The notes beneath the pieces are model-generated. The model worked only from the letters and a program-made list of their open reading frames with translations. It was not told the origin of the DNA and made no database searches. Below, piece by piece: positions 45,485 to 54,170 of a DNA stretch of 64,000 nt. This stretch comes from Thermoanaerobaculia bacterium. Lineage in GTDB: Bacteria; Acidobacteriota; Thermoanaerobaculia; UBA5066. The position numbers were made by a program, and so were the translations under genes. The number at the start of each line of letters is the position of its first letter. The first letter of the stretch is position 1. The DNA lies in assembly GCA_963719225.1 (NCBI GenBank), contig CAVRAY010000001.1, positions 3,744,001 to 3,808,000 of the forward strand, written 5' to 3'.

Positions 45485-48178
45485 GTGAAAGCCCCCTTCC
45501 GTTACGCCTCCGTCCGCCCCCGTTTCGAGCCGTTCCTCCTCGCCGTCGAGCGCCCCGGGCGCTACCTCGGCTTGGAGCGGAACGTCGTGCGCAAGGACCT
45601 CCCCGCCATGGATGTCACGGTGTGTCTCGCGTTTCCCGACGCCTACGAGATCGGGATGAGCCACACGGGCACGAAGATCCTCTACGAGATCGTGAACCGC
45701 CGTGCCGCGTGGGCCTGCGAGCGGACGTACGCGCCGTGGACCGACTTCGAGACGGTCCTGCGGCGCGAGAGGATTTCCCTCTTCTCGGTCGAGTCCTTCG
45801 CGCCCGTGCGCGACTTCGACGTCGTCGGCTTCTCGCTCCAGAGCGAGATGAACTACACGAACGTCCCGAACATGCTCGACGTCGCCGGGATCCCCGTTCT
45901 CGCGTCGGAGCGCGCCGACGCGGACCCCGTCGTGATCGGGGGCGGGCCGTGCGTCGCGAATCCCGAGCCTCTCGCGGACTTCTTCGACGTCTTCCTGATC
46001 GGCGACGCCGAGGAGGCGCTGCCCGTCTTCCTCGAGGCCGTCGCGAAGACGAAGGGCCTGCCGCGAAAGGAGCGCCTCCTCGCGTTCGCCGCCTGTCCGG
46101 GAATCTACGTCCCGTCTCTCTACGACGTGAGGTACGACGAGGACCGCGTCGCCTCGTACGTTCCGAACGCGCCGGGCGTTCCCGCGGAGGTCAAGCGCGT
46201 CTGGGTCGAGAGGCTCTCGGCGGACGTCTATCCGGCAAAGCCCATGGTCCCGTCCGTCGACATCGTCCAGGACCGCCTCGGACTCGAGATCATGCGCGGC
46301 TGCACGCAGGGCTGCCGCTTCTGCCAGGCCGGCTACTGGTACCGCCCCGTACGCGAGCTGGACCCCGCCGACGTCGCGCAGGCGACGAAGGCATTCATCG
46401 ACGAGGCGGGCTGGAGCGAGGTCGGCCTCCTGTCGCTCTCCTCGGCGGACTATTCGCAGATCGAGCCGCTCGTCGCGTGCCTCGCGCCCGAGCTCGCGAA
46501 GACGAAGGTCTCGATCTCGCTCCCGTCCCTCCGCGCCGAGGCGTTCTCCGTCGCGCTCGCGGACGCCGTCTCCGAGGTGCGCAAGTCCGGCTTCACGTTC
46601 GCGCCCGAGACGGGCTCGGACCGCCTCCGCCGCGTCATCAACAAGACGTTCACGAACGCGGACATGGTCAAGGCCGCGGACGTCGCCTTCGGGCGCGGCT
46701 GGGACATGATCAAGGTCTACACGATGATCGGCCTCCCGACGGAGACCGAGCCGGACCTCGACGAGCTCGTGACGCTCGTGAGGGACATCCTCGCGCAGGC
46801 GCGCCGGCACGGCATCCGGCCGAACGTGAACGTCTCTGTCGGCTGCTTCGTCCCGAAGAGCTTCACGCCGTTCCAGTGGTTCGGCTTCGACGGGGTCGAG
46901 AGCCTCGAGAGGAAGATCGCGTACCTCAAGGACCGCTTCCGCTCCGTCAAGGGCGCGAAGATGACGTGGCACGAGCCGCGGGAGGCCGAGATCGAAACCA
47001 TGCTCTCGCTCGGCGACCGGCGCATGGGCGCCGCGATCCTCGAGGTGTGGAGGAGGGGCGGCCGCTTCGACGCGTGGAGCGAGCACTTCTCGTGGGAGCG
47101 CTGGACGGAGGCGCTCGAGGCCGCGGGTGTCCCGAAGAGCCGGCACCTGAGGCACAAGGACCTGAAGGAAACGCTCCCCTGGGACGTCGTGGACGCCTCC
47201 ATCCGCAAGCCCTTCCTCGTCGTCGAGTGGAAGAAGGCGCTCAAGGAGATGGATACCGACGACTGCAAGTGGGGCCACTGCTACGCCTGCGGCGTCCCCG
47301 GCAACGGCGAGGACACGGTGCTTGCCAATCCGTTGCCGAGAGATTTCGATTTTGCTTCGGAAGGGAGCGGCGCGACGAGCGCGCCGCCCAGGGATTCGGA
47401 TTCGGATTTCTTAGAAGGTGAAGAGGGCAGCCGCGGCGGCGGAGCGCTGCCCGTCGCGCCCGCGCTGTCTGCGGGCGCATCGGCCGCTCGACCATTCGAA
47501 GAAGATCTTCTTCCTTCTACCTCTTCCTCTTTGCCTTCCTCTTTCCCTCTTCCCTCCGCCTATACCGAGAAAGCCAAGGGCGCGGCGTACCGCATGAAGG
47601 CCCAGCCGGACCTTCTACCGCTGCGCGAGCGCCGCGCGGTGGGTGGCGGCGCTGCGGCCTCCGTGCCCGCCTCGGCCCGCACGTATCGCCTCTCCTTCGA
47701 GAAGCTCGGCGACGCGCGGTACCTCTCGCACCGCAACACGATGGACGTTCTCGAGCGCGCGCTGCGCGCGTCGGGGGCGCCCGTGCGCTACACGGAGGGC
47801 TACAACCCGCACCTGCGCCTGTCGATGGGCCCGGCGCTGCCCCTCGGCCACGAGTCGCGGCACGAGCTCTTCGACGTGGACGTCCTCGACGCCCTCACGG
47901 ACGCGCACGTCGCCGCCGTGAACGACCGGCTGCCGGCGGGCCTCGTGATCACGTCCTGCGCCGAGCTCCCGAAGGGTGCGAAGTCCCTCGGCCGCGCCGC
48001 GACGGAGGCCGTGTACCGCTTCACGCTCCCGAACGGGGAGTCGCGGGAGGAGCGCCTCTCGCTCATGGGGCAGACGGCCACGACGCCGAAGAAGTTCCTC
48101 GAGAGGGAATACGGCGTCCCGCCCGAGGGCCAGCACGCCGTGCGCGTCACGCGCCTCGAGACCGTCCTTCAGTCGTAG
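45485..48178 (+). CDS. TIGR03960-family radical SAM protein fused to a TIGR03936-like domain
   Basis: FPDAYEIGMSH, NPEPLADF, EIMRGCTQGCRFCQAG, TFAPETG, FVPK.FTPFQW, LPWD; C-terminal FEKLG.ARYLSH, GYNPH.R. Confidence 0.9.
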   Translation: MKAPFRYASVRPRFEPFLLAVERPGRYLGLERNVVRKDLPAMDVTVCLAFPDAYEIGMSHTGTKILYEIVNRRAAWACERTYAPWTDFETVLRRERISLFSVESFAPVRDFDVVGFSLQSEMNYTNVPNMLDVAGIPVLASERADADPVVIGGGPCVANPEPLADFFDVFLIGDAEEALPVFLEAVAKTKGLPRKERLLAFAACPGIYVPSLYDVRYDEDRVASYVPNAPGVPAEVKRVWVERLSADVYPAKPMVPSVDIVQDRLGLEIMRGCTQGCRFCQAGYWYRPVRELDPADVAQATKAFIDEAGWSEVGLLSLSSADYSQIEPLVACLAPELAKTKVSISLPSLRAEAFSVALADAVSEVRKSGFTFAPETGSDRLRRVINKTFTNADMVKAADVAFGRGWDMIKVYTMIGLPTETEPDLDELVTLVRDILAQARRHGIRPNVNVSVGCFVPKSFTPFQWFGFDGVESLERKIAYLKDRFRSVKGAKMTWHEPREAEIETMLSLGDRRMGAAILEVWRRGGRFDAWSEHFSWERWTEALEAAGVPKSRHLRHKDLKETLPWDVVDASIRKPFLVVEWKKALKEMDTDDCKWGHCYACGVPGNGEDTVLANPLPRDFDFASEGSGATSAPPRDSDSDFLEGEEGSRGGGALPVAPALSAGASAARPFEEDLLPSTSSSLPSSFPLPSAYTEKAKGAAYRMKAQPDLLPLRERRAVGGGAAASVPASARTYRLSFEKLGDARYLSHRNTMDVLERALRASGAPVRYTEGYNPHLRLSMGPALPLGHESRHELFDVDVLDALTDAHVAAVNDRLPAGLVITSCAELPKGAKSLGRAATEAVYRFTLPNGESREERLSLMGQTATTPKKFLEREYGVPPEGQHAVRVTRLETVLQS
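47404..47557. repeat. Convergent motif pair in the linker of the TIGR03960 radical SAM gene
   Basis: GGATTTCTTAGAAGGTGAAGAGGG (+); reverse complement polypurine run plus GAAGATCTTCTTCGAATGG (-). Confidence 0.75.
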
Positions 48179-48188
48179 ACTGCCCCGC

Positions 48189-48566
48189 ATGCTCTGGACC
48201 GTCCGCTGCCACGCGACGTTCGAGGCCGCGCACCATCTCGTGGACTACGTCGGAGGCCCCGAGGGGGCGCACGGCCACTCCTGGAAGATCGAAGTCGCCC
48301 TCTCCGTCGAGCGTCTCGGGCGGTACGACCTCTCCGTCGATTTCGTCCCCACGGAGGCCTTCGTGAAGGACCTCGCCGCGCGCCTTCACAACCGCGACCT
48401 CAACACGGTGCCGCCGTTCGACGCGAAGAACGCGAGCGCGGAAAACGTCGCGCTCTGGGTCGCGGACGAGATCGCGAACGCCGGCTTCCTGAAGGACGGC
48501 GTGCGACTGGAGGAAGTCACCGTCTGGGAAGGCGCGAGGAACAGCGTGACTTTCAGGCCCACTTGA
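48189..48566 (+). CDS. 6-pyruvoyl-tetrahydropterin synthase family protein (QueD-like), PTPS-III-type ExxHGH motif
   Basis: FEAAHHL, GPEGAHGHSW, VDF, LN, SAENVA, VTVWE. Confidence 0.8.
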   Translation: MLWTVRCHATFEAAHHLVDYVGGPEGAHGHSWKIEVALSVERLGRYDLSVDFVPTEAFVKDLAARLHNRDLNTVPPFDAKNASAENVALWVADEIANAGFLKDGVRLEEVTVWEGARNSVTFRPT

Positions 48567-50020
48567 AGTCGTCGCACGTGGCCGCCTCGTCCGCCGCGTT
48601 CGCGGCGCTTCTGGCCGGAGCGCTGCCTTTCTTCGTCGCGGTAACGGCATGGCCGGAGATCGTCACACCCGCGTGGTTCGTGACCCGCGGCCTGAGGCTC
48701 TACGACCAGATCCTCTTCCCGCACACGCCCGCGCTCATTCTCCTGACGGCGCTGGCGGGCTCCTCCTTCGGCTTCAAGGCAGCCGTCCTCCGCGCGCTCC
48801 CCGCCGTGGCGCTCGCGGCGGCGGCGGCGCTCATCGTCACGGCGGCACGGCCCCACCGCGTTTCCCGGGCGGGACTCCTCGCCGGCTTCTTCGCGGGTCT
48901 GCCGCTCCTCCTCCTTCTCTCCGTCTACACCGAAGGTCCCGCCGTCTGGCCGGAGCCATTCCTGACCCCTTTTCTCCTGGGTGGCGTTCTTCTTCTCGAG
49001 CGGTATGAACGAACACGCGCGCCTCGCGCCATCGCCCTCGCGGGCCTCGTCTTGGGCGCGGCGATCCTCGTCAAGCAGACTTCGGCATGGGCCGCGCTCG
49101 GCGCATTCGCGTGGCTTCTCACGCGCCGGATCCGCGGAAGGGACCTTGCGATCTTCGCCGGCGCCGTCGCGTCCCCCTATGCCGTCTTCGCGCTCTCTTG
49201 GGCCGCGTGCTTTCGAACGCTGGCTCACATGCGATGGACGCTCGTCCTGCCGCTCTTCTCGGGACATTCGCGCGAGATCGCCATGCCAGCCGACGCGGCA
49301 GACCTGCACGAGGCCATCGTGCTCTTCCTCCCCTTCCCCGCGCTCGCTCTCTTGCGGCGTGCGGGGAAGGCGTCTCGCTTTCGCTCGCCGACGGCATTCG
49401 TCGCCCTGGCATGCCTCGGAATGACGTGGCCCCGCTGGGGGCTTCTGCACCTTGCCGCGATGACCGGACTCGCGGCGCTCGCCGGGGCGCGTGCCCTTCT
49501 CGTCGCTCGAGCGGCCTTGCGGCGCACGCGCGGCAGGACGGCTCCACGGACACTCCAGTACGCCGCGGTTCTCGGGATGGCGGCCCTCGTGGCCTTCCTC
49601 GGCGTCACGCTCTTCGGTGCCGGATCCCTTCTCGTCGACGCCCGGCGCGGGCCGCTCCGCTTCTGGGACGACGAGACGACGCGTCTCTCCGCGGCGGACG
49701 TACACGCTCGCGTTCCCGCGGGAGGCGAGCTGCTCGTCTTCGGCGGACGCCAGACGCTCTATCCGCTCACGGGGACGCTCGCCCCCGGCCGGCTCTACGT
49801 CAACCCGTCCTTTTGGTATTACCTCAACAAGGATCGCCTCGACGAGCGCGTCGTCAAGACGCTCCGCGAGCGGCCCGGCCTTCTCATCCTGTTCCGCGAG
49901 CCGACACCCGAAGAGGCGCCTCTCCGCCGGACGAAGCTCTACTCCTTCGTCACGACTCAAACGGACGTCATTGCCCACGCCGCAGGTCGGGAATCGTGGC
50001 GCGTCGTGCGCGCCCCATAG
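48563..50020 (+). CDS. GT-C-like polytopic membrane protein (putative glycosyltransferase)
   Basis: RLYDQILFPHTP, AILVKQT, many TM segments, soluble C-terminal domain. Confidence 0.6.
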   Translation: MKSSHVAASSAAFAALLAGALPFFVAVTAWPEIVTPAWFVTRGLRLYDQILFPHTPALILLTALAGSSFGFKAAVLRALPAVALAAAAALIVTAARPHRVSRAGLLAGFFAGLPLLLLLSVYTEGPAVWPEPFLTPFLLGGVLLLERYERTRAPRAIALAGLVLGAAILVKQTSAWAALGAFAWLLTRRIRGRDLAIFAGAVASPYAVFALSWAACFRTLAHMRWTLVLPLFSGHSREIAMPADAADLHEAIVLFLPFPALALLRRAGKASRFRSPTAFVALACLGMTWPRWGLLHLAAMTGLAALAGARALLVARAALRRTRGRTAPRTLQYAAVLGMAALVAFLGVTLFGAGSLLVDARRGPLRFWDDETTRLSAADVHARVPAGGELLVFGGRQTLYPLTGTLAPGRLYVNPSFWYYLNKDRLDERVVKTLRERPGLLILFREPTPEEAPLRRTKLYSFVTTQTDVIAHAAGRESWRVVRAP

Positions 50021-50031
50021 GAGTCGCATCG

Positions 50032-50823
50032 ATGCATCTCGTCGCGTTTCACGGCTATCCCCTCGACCACCGCTTATGGGACTCCCTCGCCGCGCGCGCG
50101 GCGGCGGGGGATCTCGGCCCGTTCAAATCCGTTTTCGCACCCGACTTCCGCGGGCGCGGGAGCTCCCTCCGCCGCGCCACGTCGGTGCACGCGATGTCGC
50201 TTCTCGCCGACGACATGGCCGACGAGATCTCGCGCGCGTTGCCCGAAGGCGAGCCGTTCGTCCTCGCGGGCCTCTCGATGGGCGGCTACGTGGCCTTCGA
50301 GTTCGTCAGGAGGCACGGGGCACGGGAAGGCAATCGCCTCCGGGGTCTCGCTCTCTTCGATACGAAGGCTTCCGCGGACGATGACGCGGGGCGCGCGAAG
50401 CGCAAGGAAGCCATCGAGGCGATCCGGAAGGACGGCATCGAGGCGGCACTCTCCGCGATGCTCCCGAAGCTGCTGGCGAGGAGCTCGAAGGGGGCTCCTG
50501 CCGAAGAAACGGCGCGCGCGATGATCCTCGACACGCCGCCCGAGACCGCGATGGCGGACCTCGCGGGCCTCGCCGTGCGCGACGAAGGCTTCGAGGTCCT
50601 GTCCGGCTGGGAGAAACCTCTTCTCGTCGTCGTCGGCGACGAGGACGCCATCGCGCCGGCGTCGGATGCCGAAGCAATGACGGCCGTCGCGGGACGCGCC
50701 TCGTGGTTGAGCTTCGTGACGGTGCCCTTAGCCGGGCACCTCGTGCCGCTCGAGAACCCCGAGGAGGCCGCGAACGCTCTCGTGGCGCTCGGCGAGCGCG
50801 TTATTTCCCCGACGCGGCGCTGA
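50032..50823 (+). CDS. Alpha/beta hydrolase (enol-lactonase-like)
   Basis: HGYPLDHRLW, PDFRGRG, GLSMGGY, GDEDAI, AGHLVPLENP. Confidence 0.88.
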   Translation: MHLVAFHGYPLDHRLWDSLAARAAAGDLGPFKSVFAPDFRGRGSSLRRATSVHAMSLLADDMADEISRALPEGEPFVLAGLSMGGYVAFEFVRRHGAREGNRLRGLALFDTKASADDDAGRAKRKEAIEAIRKDGIEAALSAMLPKLLARSSKGAPAEETARAMILDTPPETAMADLAGLAVRDEGFEVLSGWEKPLLVVVGDEDAIAPASDAEAMTAVAGRASWLSFVTVPLAGHLVPLENPEEAANALVALGERVISPTRR

Positions 50824-52708
50824 AGGACGGCAGGACCGCGAGCGTGGGCGTCGCGGAGCGCGCGGCAACCGGAACCCCGAGGGGCTCGACGGAAGGCTCG
50901 AAGACGGGCAACGTGGAGGGCTTCGGCGCGGGCGCGTAGGACGGAAGAGGAACGCGCTTGCCGTGTGCATAGACCGGGTGGCGGCCCTTCTCCTTGTACC
51001 ACTCGGCCAGCGTCGCGCTTTGGAACATCTCCTCGACGATTTTCCGCCAACCGGCCCCCGTGTTGTACGCGCAGAAGGAGATCTCGCCGAGCTGGGTCCC
51101 GTACGGAATGATGCACATCTCCGTGCGGCGGAAGTCGTAGTTGAAGAGGTCCTGAAACCACATGCCGGCCACGAGAAGGACGCGCCACGGATATCGGGCC
51201 TTCTTCGCGATCCCCATCCCCCGCCCCGTGTGCCCGTCCATGACCTTGAGCGTCTCCCAGACTCCGAGGTTCTTCGGGACCCCCTCCGGGCGGATGTTGC
51301 GCGCGAGGGAGAGCGCGGTCTGGATCACCGTGAGAACACGGCCGCGCGCTGAGTCCGTCACGACCGTGAGGTCGCGCAGGAGACGGTCCGCGTCGAGGAT
51401 CTGCGTGATCGGCACGGCGTCGCCCGACTCGGGATGGACGAGCATCATCGTCGCGATGCCGCAATTCGGGTGACAGCCGCACTTGAGCGAGCCCCACTGC
51501 GCCTCGAGGCCGCCGAGCAGGTCCTTGAGATCGGAGAAGGGGCCCGACGCGGAGAGAGGAAACCAGTCCCGCATCGGCTCGCCGATACCGGCCTGGTCCT
51601 TCACGTCGTGCGCGAGGTGGGCGAGCGTGTAGCGCTGCCGCTTGCGGGTATCGTCGTCGATCTCCTCGTCGCGTCCCGTGAAGGAGACGGGCTGGAAAGA
51701 GACGGCGTTGATCTTGTCGATGTTCCGGATCGCGAATCGGACGATGTCGCCCACCTGGTCGTTGTTGACGGAGTTCACGAGCGTCGTCACGAGGGTGACG
51801 TCGACGCCGGCGGCGTGGAGGTTGTCGAGCGCCTGCAGCTTGACGTCGTACAGGTTGCCCACGCCCCGGTGCGTGTTGTGCTCGTTGCCGACCCCGTCGA
51901 ACTGCAGGTACGCGAGCCTCAGCCCGGCGTCGTACGCGGCTTTCGCGAACCCGGGTTCCTGGGCGAAGCGGATCCCGTTCGTCGCGCATTGGACCGAGAA
52001 GTAGCCGATCTCCTTCGCGTAGCGGGTCGCTTCGAGGAAGAAGGGCGAGATCGTGGGCTCTCCGCCCGAGTACTGAACGGAAAGCTGGCGCCGAGGCTTG
52101 ATGGAGACCGCGTTGTCGAGGATCTCCTTGATGTCCGCGAAGGAGAGCTCGTGGACGTAGCCGACCTGGTTCGCGTCCATGAAGCACGGATTGCACATCA
52201 TGTTGCAGCGGTTCGTGAGGTCGACCGTGAGGACGGCGCCACGGCCGTACTTGATCGACGCCGAGCCGTGGTCGTGAAGGGCGTCCTTCGCGATCTTCAC
52301 GTCGCGCCCGAAGAAATTTTCCTCGAGCCGGCCGAAGAAGCGGGCGTCGCTCGCCATGAGGTCCTCGAACGTGCCGTGCTTCGGGCACGTCTTGACCATC
52401 CAGATCTCGTTCCCGCGCAGGACGATGTCCGCGGGAATCTCCCCCGGGCGCCCGTCGACGAGCTCGCGCAGCTCGCGCGTTCCTCCCACGATCGCGTCCC
52501 GGACCTCGCGCGTGCACGTCGGACAGAGCGAGTCCGTGCGGCGCGGATAACCGAGCGGAGGTTTCGTGCGCTGGTGACTCTTCGGGAGCGGCTCCGGAGC
52601 CCACGCCGGATGAAACGCGCGCGCGGGAATGCGGCGGTTCACGGCCTGGAAAGCGTTCCAGGCGACGTTCGCCGTCGACCGGACCGCCTCGTAGAACAGC
52701 TCGCGCAT
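50801..52708 (-). CDS. Tetraether lipid synthase (Tes/GDGT-MAS, MJ0619)-like radical SAM protein
   Basis: Rubredoxin-like SLCPTC..KTCPKHG, DLTNRCNMMCNPCF, GGEPT, ATNG, YLQFDG, FQPVSFTGR, CHPNCG, MWFQD.FNYD.RR..MC.I.Y....ISFCAYN; GGAGG SD. Confidence 0.8.
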   Translation of the reverse strand: MRELFYEAVRSTANVAWNAFQAVNRRIPARAFHPAWAPEPLPKSHQRTKPPLGYPRRTDSLCPTCTREVRDAIVGGTRELRELVDGRPGEIPADIVLRGNEIWMVKTCPKHGTFEDLMASDARFFGRLEENFFGRDVKIAKDALHDHGSASIKYGRGAVLTVDLTNRCNMMCNPCFMDANQVGYVHELSFADIKEILDNAVSIKPRRQLSVQYSGGEPTISPFFLEATRYAKEIGYFSVQCATNGIRFAQEPGFAKAAYDAGLRLAYLQFDGVGNEHNTHRGVGNLYDVKLQALDNLHAAGVDVTLVTTLVNSVNNDQVGDIVRFAIRNIDKINAVSFQPVSFTGRDEEIDDDTRKRQRYTLAHLAHDVKDQAGIGEPMRDWFPLSASGPFSDLKDLLGGLEAQWGSLKCGCHPNCGIATMMLVHPESGDAVPITQILDADRLLRDLTVVTDSARGRVLTVIQTALSLARNIRPEGVPKNLGVWETLKVMDGHTGRGMGIAKKARYPWRVLLVAGMWFQDLFNYDFRRTEMCIIPYGTQLGEISFCAYNTGAGWRKIVEEMFQSATLAEWYKEKGRHPVYAHGKRVPLPSYAPAPKPSTLPVFEPSVEPLGVPVAARSATPTLAVLPSFSAASGK

Positions 52709-52800
52709 CGATCTCCTCCCCGGATTGGATCGTCGCGCCGCCCTCCCGGTATGGCTCTCGTCGCGACGGCTGTATGAAGCCGGAACTTTACCACGCGACC

Positions 52801-53397
52801 TTACGACACCCGGCCCTCCGTGTCGAGAATGAGTCCCTTTCCAGGTAGTTCGGGGGGCCCGTAAAGGCGCTCGACGCGCCAGAGCGCGGCCTTCCCGACC
52901 GCGCGAACGGCCCCGTAATTGAGAGCCGCTCCGGCGGCGGCGCCGAGGAGGGGAACGAGATGCGAGACCTCGCGCCCCACGAAACGCGCGAGGAGTCGCT
53001 CCGCGACTTCCTCGGCGACCCGGGTCGTCAGGCGGCGCCCCACGTTGATGCCCGCGCCGGCGGCAAGCCCAGCGAGCACCTCGAGCGCGCGCTCCTTCGG
53101 CTCCATGGGGGCGCCGTAAAGGACGTGAAGGGACACGATGAGACGGCTCTGCAGGACGAGGAGCGCCGCCAGCTCGGGCGCGGCGGTCGCGAGCGCCGCC
53201 CACCCGGGCGGCAGCCCCGCGACGCCGCCGACGACGGCGGCCCGGCGGGCTGCCCTCGAGACGAGGCGCTCGCCCAGTTCCCGCGTCGTCCATCCCGGGT
53301 ACCTTGCGGCAAGCGCGCGAACGTCACGGCGGATCAGGTCGACGTCGAGATCCGTCGTGGCCTTCTCGACCAGCTTCAGGAACGTCTCGGCCAACAT
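52801..53397 (-). CDS. EcsC-family-like hypothetical protein
   Basis: AAVVGGVAGLPPG, LQSRLIV.L..LYG, VPLLGAAAGAALNY. Confidence 0.7.
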   Translation of the reverse strand: MLAETFLKLVEKATTDLDVDLIRRDVRALAARYPGWTTRELGERLVSRAARRAAVVGGVAGLPPGWAALATAAPELAALLVLQSRLIVSLHVLYGAPMEPKERALEVLAGLAAGAGINVGRRLTTRVAEEVAERLLARFVGREVSHLVPLLGAAAGAALNYGAVRAVGKAALWRVERLYGPPELPGKGLILDTEGRVS

Positions 53398-53465
53398 CCG
53401 GGGTCTATCATCGGCGCGGCCGGTGCCCCTGACAAGGTCCGGACGCTCCAAGGAGGAGACAATAA

Positions 53466-54170
53466 ATGTCGATCCGAAAGGCTTCCCGGGCGGCCTGCGC
53501 GACACTCGCGGCCCTCCTCGCCTTTGCCTCTTCCTCGAGCCTCGCCGCGGCTGCGAAACCGAAGCCGAAGAAAAAGCCTCCGGCCAGGGCGGTGGTCCAC
53601 GACTACTCTCATACGCTGGCCGTCCTCCACACCGAGCGCGGGGACGTGACCATCCGCTTCTTTTTCGACCGCGCCCCGAACCACGTCAAGAACTTCATCG
53701 ACCTCGCCGCCTCGGGCTTCTATGACGGCACGCTCTTCCACCGCGTCATCCCGGGCTTCGTCCTGCAGGGCGGCGATCCCCTGACGAAGGATCCGAAGAA
53801 CGCGTTCGTCTGGGGAAATGCCGGCAAGACGGACGCGAAGGGAAATCCGGTCACGCTGAAGCCCGAGTTCAACGAAACCGCCCACAAACGCGGCATCGTC
53901 TCGATGGCCCGGTCCTCGGCGCCCGATTCGGCCTCTTCCCAGTTCTTCATCGTCCTCAAGGACTACCCCTCGCTCGACCACCAGTACACGGCGTTCGGCG
54001 AGGTCGTGAAGGGAATGGACGTCGTGGATCGCATCGTGGCCGACTCGAATCCGGATCCCGCGAACGCCAACCTCGGCAAGCCCCGCGCGTTTCAGAAGCT
54101 CGTGAAAGTCGACCTCGTGGAGGAAAACGCCGCTCCCGCCGCGGCGCCGGCTCCGGCGAAAAAGGGGTGA
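53466..54170 (+). CDS. Secreted cyclophilin-type peptidyl-prolyl isomerase
   Basis: APNHVKNF, FYDGTLFHRVIPGFVLQGGDP, SMAR, SASSQFFI, YTAFGEVV.GMDVVD. Confidence 0.93.
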   Translation: MSIRKASRAACATLAALLAFASSSSLAAAAKPKPKKKPPARAVVHDYSHTLAVLHTERGDVTIRFFFDRAPNHVKNFIDLAASGFYDGTLFHRVIPGFVLQGGDPLTKDPKNAFVWGNAGKTDAKGNPVTLKPEFNETAHKRGIVSMARSSAPDSASSQFFIVLKDYPSLDHQYTAFGEVVKGMDVVDRIVADSNPDPANANLGKPRAFQKLVKVDLVEENAAPAAAPAPAKKG

